The notes under the pieces: generated by a model
Databases searched by the model: none
The model's input: the letters and a program-made list of their open reading frames with translations, nothing else
Told to the model about the DNA's origin: nothing
Made by a program: the position numbers and the translations under genes
Assembly: GCA_035438625.1 (NCBI GenBank)
Contig: DAORIS010000002.1
Span: 34,832 to 98,831 of the forward strand
Source of the DNA: Minisyncoccota bacterium
GTDB lineage: Bacteria > Patescibacteriota > Minisyncoccia > Phycocordibacterales > DAORIS01
Direction: 5' to 3'
Length of the DNA: 64,000 bases
Part shown: positions 26,983 to 37,408 of the stretch, in pieces
How the letters are laid out: each line of letters opens with the position of its first letter
How positions within the stretch are numbered: position 1 is the stretch's first letter

Positions 26983-29900
26983 TTGTTTCTTCTGCTACTG
27001 ACTGATTTTCTGCCTCTCCTGAGTCATTGCTTTGTGGAGACCTATTTGAGTCTACTTGCACCTCTTCAGTTATTTCTGTTGATACTTCTATAGATTCAAG
27101 TATATCCTCTTTTTCAACGTGCGATCCACCCACAACCTGTTCTTCACTGATGGGATCAATTGGGAGTGGAATTGGAGTAGGTGCCGGACCTGGATCGTCT
27201 ATTGGTTTAGCCCCACACTCTAATTCAGTCGTTGTCATTTTTCCATTTTTAATCTTCACACAATATGGCTCTCCTGTTACTTCATCGTATAACGTAATAC
27301 CTGTTGGGTTTTCTTGAGAGCCCACAGTAAACGTCTCGACAACTAATTTCTTTAAGGAAGTGAGGGTGTTCGCCATAAAACTTTCATATGAAATCGTTTC
27401 TAGTTGCTCATTGATTGTCTTAACTTTCAGGTCTAATTCTTGGATAGAGTTAATAATAAATGGAGTGAGATTTCCATACGCAACTGATTTATATCCAGTT
27501 TTTGAATCAGTTGAGACAAGCTCTGGGAATATCTTTTCTACTTCTTGAGCAATCAATCCAAACCGCTTTGTATCATCAGACTGAGAATTCCATTGGAATG
27601 AAACCGGGCGAAGTGCTGTGATACGTTCAAGTGATGTTAGTGGATCAATTGAAGCCACGTCTTTCTTTAATCGTTCGTCGGAAGTACATGTCCACGTTGT
27701 TGATGTTGGGTTGATTTCACAATACCCGTTTGTATCTTCAAATCGAACGGGAGCATCATCACTTGAAACATATACATGAAGTTTCTTTGCAGGAGAGGTT
27801 GTACCGATTCCTAGGGAACCAGCTGCAGTTATATTTAAGAGAGTATTCGAGGAACTATCTTGAATTTGAAAAAGATCAGCACTTTGTGCCGCAACACCTC
27901 TGATTATAATACCAATTCTACTATTCGTACTTGGAACAAATGTAACATTCCCAACTCCATTTCGAATATTTCCTCGTAGATCTGCATCTGGGCTAACAAC
28001 AAATGAAGTACCACTAACAAGAAAACTATACGCAGACCCGGTATTGATGTTGGTATTAAAAAACAAAGTTCCACTACTTCTTATGTCGTTGGTAATCAAC
28101 CTAGTATTTGCAGTAACTATGTCACCACTAATATTACCTCCTACAGTAAGAAGCGAGCCTGGTGTCGTAGTGCCAATTCCAACGTTCCCACTAACAATCA
28201 GTCCATTACTTGGCGCAGCGGTTACACCACCATATGTACCAATAGACACCCCTCCAACAACATCCAATGCTGACTTAGGAAAACCGGTCTTGAGACCGAG
28301 ACGAATGTCCATTCGATCGTTGTCGTTTACCCATAACACTGACCCAGTACTCGTCGATGAAGCACCGTATGGAAACATATGAATATACTGACCACTTGCA
28401 ATCGTTGTACCATTTCCATATCCTGTACCCAAAATACGGTTTGCGGTTCCATTTACAGCAACCTGAAGCCCGTATCCAGTATCAATTGCAATATCTCCTT
28501 GTAACACATTGAATCGAGAAGGATAAGTACCTCTGCTGGTAGTTCCAACTGCAACACGCACATCTCCCGCCACAGTATCGCTACCTGAGATTGTAATACC
28601 TCTACTAGTTGCACTTGTTCCACCCGGAACGACCAATGTTGCATACCAACCGTATGGAATAATTGTTCCGTCACCATATCCTGCCGTAAGATTCGTGCCT
28701 GTCACGGTACCCCCGAATGATCCGCTACTTGAAACCGTTAATGCTCCAGTTTGTGAAACGGTAAGTAAAGAGGTGCCTGTTGATGACGCAACCACTAACG
28801 GATTAGAGCCCGCTGATCCAACAATTGACAGCTTGGCGATTGGCGAAGTAGAACCAATACCGACGTTTCCTACAGAAGTTATTCTTAATTTTTCTCCTAT
28901 GGTATTTGAACCCCTTGTAGAAAAGGCCAGGTAAGAATCATTAGTTGATGCAGCTTCCCAAGCACCAGTCACCAGTCCAGTAGTAAAATTACTTCCTGCT
29001 GACCAACCGTAAAAACCAAGTGATGATCCTACGTTTGCTGCCGCTACCGCATTATTAGTTATTCCTAGTGCAGGTGCAATACCTGAGGAAGTTGTAGCTA
29101 TTGTTAAAGTAAATTGTGGAGAAGTTGTTCCAATCCCGACATTACCACTACTTCCTTGGAATCTCAGATACGGTGTACCACCCACTGTTGTTACAAAATC
29201 AACATTTCCACCTGTTGATCCATTACGTCCAGTAAAAAATTCAATATTTCCTGAATTGGTTGTTACATCCTGAGAAAATTTAATGTGAGCATTGTAGTAA
29301 GAGTTTTGAGCATAAAATTTTATAAACGATGAACTGTTATATGTAGGCTGTCCAAATCGGATATTTCCATTGTAAATATCAAATTTTTCCGCTGGAGTCG
29401 TTGTGCCAATTCCAATACTTCCGGACGCATTAATTACCGTAAGTGCCGTGCCAGCAGAATTTTGCCATTCTTGTAAAGTAGAACTTTGATTTGAAGCACC
29501 ACGAATAATTAATCCTTTAGTTGTGCTTGCTGTTGCTGTTACATGAAGTTGTGCCAATGGACTTGAGTTACCGATACCAACTAATCCTGAACGATCAATT
29601 ATTAACCGAGTAGTTGGGTTATATGTTGAGCCTGGCGTTAGTTCAGAATCAGTTCGTAGCTGTACATATCCATTATTAAAAAATAAATCTGATGCATATG
29701 TTGCTCGAGCAACAAATCCTGAAGAGTTATACTCTCCACCTTGCATTACAAGACCAATAGAATCACCTCCTGCACCAAGAAACATTCCCCCTCCCAAAGT
29801 GTTCGAACCATTGAAAAAACGAACACTGGTATAGCCTCCACCATCCACAGTAAGTGTATGTGTTGGTGTGTTAGTCCCCACCCCAACATTTCCACTCGCC

Positions 29901-30586
29901 CTCCAGACATCAGTTCCATTCGATGCCCAGTTTCCAACGGCAGCACCAGCTAGGAGGTTTCCTGCCCAGTACAAATTACCCCCATCGTTATAGAGAGAGT
30001 TTGAGGTATCAGAAGGGGGAGTAATTTCCGCAAGGACAACATACTGTGCCAAAGAGAGTAGCCCTGCAATTGATGAAGTAGCGGTGTCCGTAACTGAAAG
30101 CGCACGAGAGAAGTCAATGGCACCTATGTCATCTTGAAGGTCTGAGATGTCCCCATTGACATCACTGAACCGATCAGCCATATCTTCACGAAATGAATCG
30201 ATGCGCTTGTTCACACGATCAAGAGAGACATTCGGTTGAGCTCGGAGGAGTTCTCTCATACGAACATCGATTTGAGCAATCACTTCTTCACGGGTGATCC
30301 CTGGTACTGTCACTTCACGGATGGTTTGGACAGTGTGGGTATCATAGACATATTCTGTTGATCCCTGAGGATACACAATGATAGGGGCAGTTTGTGGAGT
30401 TGCAACGTATGCAAAAGACGACGGCCCTTTCATTTCACATGAACCGAGGGTGGTGCAGTATATTCCACCAATATAATTTCCAAATGAAAATGCACGTAAT
30501 TTTTCAACCGGAACCGCAGAAAGGAAGATAGTTGATACAGCTATTAATCCAAAGAAAAAAGCCGTAATTCGGAAGTACGATTTCAC
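26975..30586 (-). CDS. Large surface / tail-fibre-like protein with peptidase S74 chaperone domain
   Basis: Signal/TM, coiled coil, seven GNVGIGTTxP-type repeats, TSDERLKK...GLIAQEVE...YGNLTP. Confidence 0.85.
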   Translation of the reverse strand: MKSYFRITAFFFGLIAVSTIFLSAVPVEKLRAFSFGNYIGGIYCTTLGSCEMKGPSSFAYVATPQTAPIIVYPQGSTEYVYDTHTVQTIREVTVPGITREEVIAQIDVRMRELLRAQPNVSLDRVNKRIDSFREDMADRFSDVNGDISDLQDDIGAIDFSRALSVTDTATSSIAGLLSLAQYVVLAEITPPSDTSNSLYNDGGNLYWAGNLLAGAAVGNWASNGTDVWRASGNVGVGTNTPTHTLTVDGGGYTSVRFFNGSNTLGGGMFLGAGGDSIGLVMQGGEYNSSGFVARATYASDLFFNNGYVQLRTDSELTPGSTYNPTTRLIIDRSGLVGIGNSSPLAQLHVTATASTTKGLIIRGASNQSSTLQEWQNSAGTALTVINASGSIGIGTTTPAEKFDIYNGNIRFGQPTYNSSSFIKFYAQNSYYNAHIKFSQDVTTNSGNIEFFTGRNGSTGGNVDFVTTVGGTPYLRFQGSSGNVGIGTTSPQFTLTIATTSSGIAPALGITNNAVAAANVGSSLGFYGWSAGSNFTTGLVTGAWEAASTNDSYLAFSTRGSNTIGEKLRITSVGNVGIGSTSPIAKLSIVGSAGSNPLVVASSTGTSLLTVSQTGALTVSSSGSFGGTVTGTNLTAGYGDGTIIPYGWYATLVVPGGTSATSRGITISGSDTVAGDVRVAVGTTSRGTYPSRFNVLQGDIAIDTGYGLQVAVNGTANRILGTGYGNGTTIASGQYIHMFPYGASSTSTGSVLWVNDNDRMDIRLGLKTGFPKSALDVVGGVSIGTYGGVTAAPSNGLIVSGNVGIGTTTPGSLLTVGGNISGDIVTANTRLITNDIRSSGTLFFNTNINTGSAYSFLVSGTSFVVSPDADLRGNIRNGVGNVTFVPSTNSRIGIIIRGVAAQSADLFQIQDSSSNTLLNITAAGSLGIGTTSPAKKLHVYVSSDDAPVRFEDTNGYCEINPTSTTWTCTSDERLKKDVASIDPLTSLERITALRPVSFQWNSQSDDTKRFGLIAQEVEKIFPELVSTDSKTGYKSVAYGNLTPFIINSIQELDLKVKTINEQLETISYESFMANTLTSLKKLVVETFTVGSQENPTGITLYDEVTGEPYCVKIKNGKMTTTELECGAKPIDDPGPAPTPIPLPIDPISEEQVVGGSHVEKEDILESIEVSTEITEEVQVDSNRSPQSNDSGEAENQSVAEETNE

Positions 30587-30630
30587 GGGTTAATTTTACC
30601 AGCAAAAACCTTTATTTTTCTTCCAATTTA

Positions 30631-32025
30631 TTAAGATTTGGGGATATCTGACGGCACATCAAAAATAGATTTTTCCTGTATTTGTCCAGCCAACACAGAC
30701 GCTATTTTTCTTCCACCATGAAGTGACGGTAAAATACCCACTCCGTTACAACCTAAGTTATACATCAATGGTTGATGCTTTGGGTCTGGTCCAATTAGCC
30801 TCATGCGTGATCTTGTGTACCCCATAAGACCGTGCCACGTAAATCCATATGACACCTTTTCTCCTTTTTTTAGAGTTTTTTCAACAAACTTTTGTATTCC
30901 TTCTGCTGCAATTTCCGGATATTCGTCGTTTGTTGAATACCCCTCATGATCAGCCAGTTCTCCCTCTGGTCCTCCAATGCAAATAAGACTCTGACTATCT
31001 GTTACAGGTGCTTCATCGGCATATTCAAATTGCCTGCGTGTCATGTAGAAATACGGATCATCATTCGTGTGGGCAGGATCAATGAAATAACTAATTGCCG
31101 TTGGTGGCTTTGAAGTATTTTCAACATATCCTGACATGTACCCAACTGTACCCTTTACCAAGTGGTGGAATTTCGCATTGGATTCCAGTCCGTCTTCCCC
31201 AATAATGGTTAAATGTTTGAAACCATTGGTGCACAACACAACTTTTTTTGCACACACTTCATATGTACCAACATCGAGCACTGCATTGTCTTTTCTAAGT
31301 AAAATTTTACCCACCCGACTGTGTTCAAAAATGCGAAATCGATCTTTGTATGCACGAAGCATATATGACGCAGCTTCATAACAAAACAGTGCGCTGTTCA
31401 TGCACCCTTTTTGAAATGACATGCTCGCAATATACGAATCGTCTTCTGTCTCAAGCATCTGAAGAATCTTTTCTTGAGGGATTCGTTCGTACAATCCTTC
31501 ATATTGATCAAGTGGCACACCAACATCGACATGATCAGCAATTCTAATAAATTCGGTTGCAGTACCACCTTCCTTTCTGACTATATTTTCTTTCAAGAAA
31601 TGTAATATTTGAGAAGTACTCGAAAGGCCACTATGTCCAATGAACCGTGCAAATGGAATGGTTAATTGTGCATCAGTATATATCTCATCAAGTAATAACC
31701 ACGCAGTATCAATTGCCTTTTGTGCCGCGACTGTCTGCTCTAGTCCATATTCTTCCTTGAGGCTTTGGAGTGACCGTTCGAAATAGCTCGTAATTTGCCC
31801 AGCGTTGTGTCCGGTAGCTCCGTGTGCGATCTTATATCCTTCTAAGAGTACTACTGACTTATTGGTGTATTTGAGTGTAAAAAAGGCAGTAGCGATTCCA
31901 GCAATACCCCCACCGATAATCGCAACATCAGTTTCGATGTCCTTGCCTTCAACCTGACTAGTTAAGTTATAGCCTTGTTTATTGACTTGATAGATCCACG
32001 GAGAGTTATTTTTAAACTCACTCAT
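30631..32025 (-). CDS. FAD-dependent oxidoreductase (DAO/PuuB-like)
   Basis: IIGGGIAG, GATGHNAG, WHGLMGYT, LGCNGVG. Confidence 0.85.
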   Translation of the reverse strand: MSEFKNNSPWIYQVNKQGYNLTSQVEGKDIETDVAIIGGGIAGIATAFFTLKYTNKSVVLLEGYKIAHGATGHNAGQITSYFERSLQSLKEEYGLEQTVAAQKAIDTAWLLLDEIYTDAQLTIPFARFIGHSGLSSTSQILHFLKENIVRKEGGTATEFIRIADHVDVGVPLDQYEGLYERIPQEKILQMLETEDDSYIASMSFQKGCMNSALFCYEAASYMLRAYKDRFRIFEHSRVGKILLRKDNAVLDVGTYEVCAKKVVLCTNGFKHLTIIGEDGLESNAKFHHLVKGTVGYMSGYVENTSKPPTAISYFIDPAHTNDDPYFYMTRRQFEYADEAPVTDSQSLICIGGPEGELADHEGYSTNDEYPEIAAEGIQKFVEKTLKKGEKVSYGFTWHGLMGYTRSRMRLIGPDPKHQPLMYNLGCNGVGILPSLHGGRKIASVLAGQIQEKSIFDVPSDIPKS

Positions 32026-32027
32026 GA

Positions 32028-33461
32028 CTATGAAAGCTTAGCGGTAAATATTTCTTTGAGCATGACTGGGTTTGCAGAACCCTTTGATGCTTTCATACCT
32101 TGTCCAATGAGGAATTGTAGTGACGCAACTTTTCCAGCTTTAAATTCAGCAACAGGTCCAGGGTGAAGTGAAATAATTTCTTCAACAATTTTCTCAATTG
32201 CTCCACTATCATTTTTCTGTATCAAACTATGTGCCTCAGCAATAGCACGAGCACTACCTGCATTTTCTTCTTTTACAATATGTGCAATGACATCTTTTGC
32301 ACCGCGCGATGAGAGCTCGCCACCAGTAAACATACCAACTACCTCTGCAATGTGTGCAGGCGTTACACGAAGTAGTACCGCTTCAGCACCACCATCCTCA
32401 TTCTTTGCAATACCAGCAATATCAGAAACTATAAAGTTTGAAAGTGTCTGTATTGCACTCTTTTCTTTTGAAACGAGTGCAACCACCGCCTCTTCAAAAT
32501 ACGTGTCCCACACTGGATGACCATACACATAAAATTCTACATCCTGTTCTTTGAGGCCAAATTCTTGTGCATATCGAATTCGCTTCTGTGCAGGAGTTTC
32601 TCGGATTTCCTTTTCTAATACTTCACGAGTAAACTCTGGAATTTGAGAAAGGTATAATTTAGGCAAATCAGGGTCTGGGAAATATCGATAATCGTGAGAG
32701 TCTTCTTTCTTTCTCTGTGAAAAAGTTGTACCAGTACTTTCATCGAATCCTCGCGTTTCTTGTGTGACTGTTTCTCCTTTTTCGAGAAGTGCGATGTGTC
32801 GTGCAACTTCATATTCAATTGCCCGCTCTGCTGACTTAAATGAATTTAGGTTCTTAACCTCAACTTTTGTTCCAAATGTTTCTGTCTTACTCACTGAAAT
32901 GTTTGCCTCAACACGCATTTCTCCTTTTTCCATGTTTGCTTCAGCAACACCTAGATACTGTAAAAGAATTTGTAGCTCACGTGCAAAACGAGACGCTTCA
33001 GCGGCACTACTAATTACCGGCTCAGTCACAAGCTCCATAAGAGGAACTCCTGCGCGGTTAAAATCAACAAGACTTCCACCTTCTGATTCATGACTTGATC
33101 GAGCTGTGTCTTCCTCAAGATGAATACGAGTGAGTTTCACTCCAGCAAGTTCACCACCTGAAACAAGTGGATACTTGTACTGACTCAACTGATATCCCTT
33201 TGGAATATCTGGGTAGAAATAGTTCTTTCGGTCAAATTCTGTAAAGTCTGGCAGTGTTCCACCAACTGCAATACCAACCTTTAATACATTCTTAACTGCC
33301 TGGGCATTGATTGTTGGAAGTGTTCCAGGGTGTCCCATACAAACTGGACAAATATTCTGATTCGGACGACGTTCGTCTGGATCGTTCTTACACGAACAAA
33401 ACATTTTTGTAAGCGTTGCTAGTTCAGCGTGTATTTCAAGTCCGATAGTAGTTCGATACAT
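32028..33461 (-). CDS. gatB: Asp/Glu-tRNA amidotransferase subunit B
   Basis: IGLEIHAEL, FDRKNYFYPD, HLEED, DFNRAG, EVKNLNS, DYRYFPDPDL. Confidence 0.98.
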   Translation of the reverse strand: MYRTTIGLEIHAELATLTKMFCSCKNDPDERRPNQNICPVCMGHPGTLPTINAQAVKNVLKVGIAVGGTLPDFTEFDRKNYFYPDIPKGYQLSQYKYPLVSGGELAGVKLTRIHLEEDTARSSHESEGGSLVDFNRAGVPLMELVTEPVISSAAEASRFARELQILLQYLGVAEANMEKGEMRVEANISVSKTETFGTKVEVKNLNSFKSAERAIEYEVARHIALLEKGETVTQETRGFDESTGTTFSQRKKEDSHDYRYFPDPDLPKLYLSQIPEFTREVLEKEIRETPAQKRIRYAQEFGLKEQDVEFYVYGHPVWDTYFEEAVVALVSKEKSAIQTLSNFIVSDIAGIAKNEDGGAEAVLLRVTPAHIAEVVGMFTGGELSSRGAKDVIAHIVKEENAGSARAIAEAHSLIQKNDSGAIEKIVEEIISLHPGPVAEFKAGKVASLQFLIGQGMKASKGSANPVMLKEIFTAKLS

Positions 33462-33470
33462 GAGAGTATT

Positions 33471-34481
33471 TTACCCAGCCCGTAATATTTTAACCAGCGT
33501 ATCTTTTGCTTCTTTCATTTTCTCATCATCGAGAATTGTAACCGCCATGCATGCGCGGATACGATCGGCAGCTGTTTTTCCTGCAGCTTTACGAACCTGT
33601 TTCTCCGCATCCTTGATACGCTTTGCAAGTACTTTCGGGTCTTCAATAATATCTGACTTGGTAAACAAAATAACTTCAGGCTTTTCTGCGAGTGCGTGGT
33701 CATAGAGCTCGAGTTCTCCACGAATAGTTTTATACGCCCCTTCCATGTCTTCATTTTCAAGAGAAATACAGTGAAAGAGCATTTTTGTCCTTCTGATGTG
33801 TCGTAGGAATTTATGTCCCAATCCTTTTCCTTCTGAAGCACCTTCAATCAATCCCGGAATGTCAGCGACAATAAATCCTTCCATGTCACCGAGGTTTGGT
33901 TCAAGTGTCGTGAATTGGTATGCGGCAACTTTTGCGCGAGCACGAGTCAGTGCATTGATGAGACTAGACTTACCAGCGTTTGGAAATCCAACGAGACCCG
34001 CGTCAGCGATAAGTTCAAGTTCAATAGAAAATATTCCTGACTCACCGTCTTTTCCAGGAGTCCATTCAATAGGTTTTGTATTTGTTGAGGCTTTGAAGTG
34101 TTCGTTACCATATCCGCCATTTCCACCTTTCAAGACTTCAATCTCTTGTCCTTCAACATCGAGACGATATTCCTTGCCGGTTTCTTTGTTCACAATAATG
34201 GATCCAATTGGCAACTCAAGTACAAGGTCTTTTCCACTTTTCCCGTGCATGCTGTTCTTCATTCCAGCTTCACCAGGATCAGCTGCGAACTTGTTGTTGT
34301 TTCTGTAGCGCATCAAAAGAGCCACATCTCGAATTGCTCGAAGATGTACATCGCCGCCGCGTCCACCATCACCACCAGAAGGACCTGAATACTCCTTTCC
34401 CTTCTCATGCCTCCAGCGAACTACACCATTTCCACCCTTTCCAGCTGACAGTTCCAGCTCAATTTCATCAATAAATGCCAT
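33471..34481 (-). CDS. obgE: GTPase Obg/CgtA
   Basis: Gly-rich Obg fold, GFPNAGKSS, FTTLEPNLG, DIPGLIEGA. Start at MAFIDE. Confidence 0.96.
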   Translation of the reverse strand: MAFIDEIELELSAGKGGNGVVRWRHEKGKEYSGPSGGDGGRGGDVHLRAIRDVALLMRYRNNNKFAADPGEAGMKNSMHGKSGKDLVLELPIGSIIVNKETGKEYRLDVEGQEIEVLKGGNGGYGNEHFKASTNTKPIEWTPGKDGESGIFSIELELIADAGLVGFPNAGKSSLINALTRARAKVAAYQFTTLEPNLGDMEGFIVADIPGLIEGASEGKGLGHKFLRHIRRTKMLFHCISLENEDMEGAYKTIRGELELYDHALAEKPEVILFTKSDIIEDPKVLAKRIKDAEKQVRKAAGKTAADRIRACMAVTILDDEKMKEAKDTLVKILRAG

Positions 34482-34563
34482 ATCCCTGAGTATCCCAAGA
34501 AAATGCCTTAAATACAAGGTTTTTGAGGTATTTTTACGTCATTGTTTATATAAATCGTAAATA

Positions 34564-34592
34564 TTGACAATACTAGTCATATATGCTATAAT
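34564..34592 (+). promoter_or_regulatory. Perfect consensus sigma70 promoter
   Basis: TTGACA-N17-TATAAT with extended -10 TG. Confidence 0.85.
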
Positions 34593-34686
34593 ATACATAA
34601 TCCTACGTAAAGGCATAAGTTTGCCTATACAGGTACGGGATACGGAGTTGGTACGCATGATGTGTATCAAACAAATGGAGTTCGTT

Positions 34687-35340
34687 ATGATCCGTCGTTC
34701 TTTGTCACTGTTTGCAGTTACCTTCGCTTTGATCGTTTGCGTAAGTCAGGTGGCTTCTGCGGCATTTGTGAATCAGTCGTACCATCTGCCCAGCATCGGC
34801 CACATCTACACATGGGGTGAAAACCATTCAACCAGTGAAACCACCCTCAGTCTCGACCTTCAATCTCCGGAATACGAGGTGCGAAGTACGGGATCAAGTG
34901 TGCAGTTTACCAATGATGGACAAGGGTACGTATTCCTGTCAATCGGCGCAATCAAGCGCGATTCGGGAGTTCGTAACCTCTCCAACATGAACTCGAACAG
35001 CAATGTTGTCTTTGATGACGTGGTGCTTTACAGCTACGCATCAACCGGCCACTACCTCGACGAGCACACCGGCGCCAAGATGAGCACCGGAAACGCATTC
35101 ATTGAAATGTCGCCGTTCATTGCCACCTGGTCTGATTTTCAGCTCAGTTCGCACTACGATGACGTTGACGCTGCACGCTATCTCTGGCTCAGTCTCTCGG
35201 CCCGTATCGAGTACATCGGTACGAACCCAGACACCATCGCAATGCTCGACGGTTTCAGCACCATGAGCATGGTGCCCGAACCGAGCTCGCTCGGCCTTCT
35301 CGGCGGCATGGTGATTTCCACCTTACGTCGTAAGCGCTGA
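34687..35340 (+). CDS. PEP-CTERM sorting-domain protein
   Basis: SD ggag, signal peptide ending VASA, C-terminal VPEPSSLGLLGGMVISTLRRKR. Confidence 0.88.
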   Translation: MIRRSLSLFAVTFALIVCVSQVASAAFVNQSYHLPSIGHIYTWGENHSTSETTLSLDLQSPEYEVRSTGSSVQFTNDGQGYVFLSIGAIKRDSGVRNLSNMNSNSNVVFDDVVLYSYASTGHYLDEHTGAKMSTGNAFIEMSPFIATWSDFQLSSHYDDVDAARYLWLSLSARIEYIGTNPDTIAMLDGFSTMSMVPEPSSLGLLGGMVISTLRRKR

Positions 35341-35354
35341 AAACTACAAACAGT

Positions 35355-35385
35355 GAAAACCCACCTAAGACGTGGGTTTTCTTTT
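35355..35385. terminator. Intrinsic terminator between convergent genes
   Basis: gaaaacccac-ctaagac-gtgggttttc plus T-run. Confidence 0.8.
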
Positions 35386-35395
35386 TGCCAAAAAA

Positions 35396-36352
35396 TTACT
35401 CTAATGGTTTAGCAGGTGCGTCAGCTGCAATCTCTGCAAGTTTAATACACGTCTCTTTGTCTTTTGCGGTTATAAGAAATCGTTTGTTGTGGCAGAATAT
35501 TGATCCTGGAACACCAGTAGCTGCTTCAAGTACACCATCTCTCTTTCCTCCCCATGATTTTGGAAGCCACTTTCTATTTTCAAATGAAGCTAGCTTTGCT
35601 GGCACGCACTCAACTTTCCATGTTGTACTTTGAGTGTTTGGTCTAACAACATATAGCGGCTCTGGAAATTGAATGAGTGCTTCTGCGTATGGATAATTGC
35701 TATCAATGACAATAATTCGTTTGTCAGGTGCAGCATGGTACGCCTCAAGTACTTTATCTCTTGCTTCAAGACCCGCTTTTGCATGAGCAATTTCACGCAC
35801 AAGAATGATCTCTGCAAATTCACTGACTTTTAAGAAGTTTTGATCTGCGAGTTCATCTCCTTCTTTCCATGTTGGATTCATCGCAATAACAACATTGAAA
35901 AATAAATACGGATGAAGTCCAGGTCGTGTAGCTTCATGGAGTGAAAGTCCATTATCCATTGCGTCTATTGCCTGAACTAACCGAGAGTCCACTCGATCTG
36001 CTACTTCTTGAGACCCGCAAATACCAGCACCGAATTTTTTCCAGACTAATCCAAACGATGCATATGGAACACCATTTGCTCTCTCTCCTGCTCCACCAAA
36101 TTGATGGTGATCAAAACGAAGTGTTTCATCGTCATGAATGTCCCCCACATCAAATACGAGATCAGCTTGTGCAATCTGATCAGGATCACGAGTGCGTATG
36201 AATTTAATTCCCGGACTTACCAGCCTTATTACCGCTGATGCAAACACATCATCTGCATGGAACCGTGCGTTGTGTGTAACTGCGACTTGGATTTGTGTAG
36301 TTGATCCTGCTCCGCGAAGGTCTTTATTGTCGAGGGGTTGATGTAGGGACAT
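35396..36352 (-). CDS. MYG1 (UPF0160) family DHH-like nuclease
   Basis: THNARFHADD, RTRD, DVG, FDHHQ, FCH. Confidence 0.9.
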   Translation of the reverse strand: MSLHQPLDNKDLRGAGSTTQIQVAVTHNARFHADDVFASAVIRLVSPGIKFIRTRDPDQIAQADLVFDVGDIHDDETLRFDHHQFGGAGERANGVPYASFGLVWKKFGAGICGSQEVADRVDSRLVQAIDAMDNGLSLHEATRPGLHPYLFFNVVIAMNPTWKEGDELADQNFLKVSEFAEIILVREIAHAKAGLEARDKVLEAYHAAPDKRIIVIDSNYPYAEALIQFPEPLYVVRPNTQSTTWKVECVPAKLASFENRKWLPKSWGGKRDGVLEAATGVPGSIFCHNKRFLITAKDKETCIKLAEIAADAPAKPLE

Positions 36353-37376
36353 TTCCGTTAGAAGAGAATTTCGGATAAAGCTTCAGAAGCTCAATTGCAA
36401 CAACAAGCAAGATTGGACCTGCGAGGAAACCTACTGGACCAAAGAATGCCAAACCACCCAATACTGAAAGCAAGATGAGGAATGGATGTACCTTTACTTT
36501 TTGTTCAATGAGTTTTGGACCGAGGAAATTATCTACAAGTCCTACAATAGCAACTGCCCAGATGAGGTATCCGATAGCAGCAAATTGATCTCCGGTTGCA
36601 AAGAGAATGATTACCGTTGGAATGTTAATGAGACCTGTTCCAACACCGGGAATGAGGGATGCGATAGCAATTACAACTCCCCAAAGAGCAGGGTTGGCAA
36701 TACCAAAGATTGCAAAACCGAGTGCCGCGAGTAATCCTTGGATAATAGCAATAATAAGTGAACCTCTTATTACAGAGTTAATAGTCAGCTCAATTCGCTT
36801 CATCAACTGTTCATCGTCTGAAGAATCAAGTGGTGAAAGACGGATCAAATATGTACGCCACTCCTTTCCATCTCTGAAGAGATAGTAGAGAGCGATGAGG
36901 AGAATGAATACATCAAGGATGAGAGTAATAGCACTTGAGAACAATACCCCTGTGTTATTAATCAACCACGCCAACGCACTTTGTACATACGCAGAAATAT
37001 CTACCTGGATTCCAGGGATAATCCTTTCTGCAAACTGCTGAATGCCCTGCTCTGCAGTTCTATATAACGATCCGGCAGAGTCGCTTGCAAGAGAAATGTA
37101 AAGATCACGTGCTTCATTGAATACAAGGAAACTAATAATTGAAACCGGAATAAGGATTATACAAACTACAGTAAGTACCGAAAGGATTGCTCCTAGACTC
37201 TTGTTTCCTGTCTTTTGGATCAACCGCTCATGCCATTTCTGGAAAAACACTGAGAACACAAGCGCAAGGAGTACTGGTACAAGAAATGGTGCCAAGACGT
37301 TGTACATCAATACCCAGGCTAAAACGAAAATTGCAAAGAAAAATATATGTTGCGCGAGGGAATTATTCATAAACAA
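36324..37376 (-). CDS. AI-2E family transporter
   Basis: Multi-TM, IQG, LIPGVG, DNFLGP, HP, GFLAGP. Confidence 0.88.
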   Translation of the reverse strand: MFMNNSLAQHIFFFAIFVLAWVLMYNVLAPFLVPVLLALVFSVFFQKWHERLIQKTGNKSLGAILSVLTVVCIILIPVSIISFLVFNEARDLYISLASDSAGSLYRTAEQGIQQFAERIIPGIQVDISAYVQSALAWLINNTGVLFSSAITLILDVFILLIALYYLFRDGKEWRTYLIRLSPLDSSDDEQLMKRIELTINSVIRGSLIIAIIQGLLAALGFAIFGIANPALWGVVIAIASLIPGVGTGLINIPTVIILFATGDQFAAIGYLIWAVAIVGLVDNFLGPKLIEQKVKVHPFLILLSVLGGLAFFGPVGFLAGPILLVVAIELLKLYPKFSSNGNVPTSTPRQ

Positions 37377-37408
37377 GAATTAACTATACTAATCGCCCTA
37401 TAACGACC

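Noticed and set aside
26975-30586. Prophage call based on the S74 tail-fibre domain
   Set aside because: No integrase, terminase, capsid or other phage genes. The protein has an export signal and housekeeping neighbours.
34564-34686. 41-aa N-terminal extension of the PEP-CTERM ORF
   Set aside because: The TTG start is the -35 box itself. SD and signal peptide point to ATG 34687.
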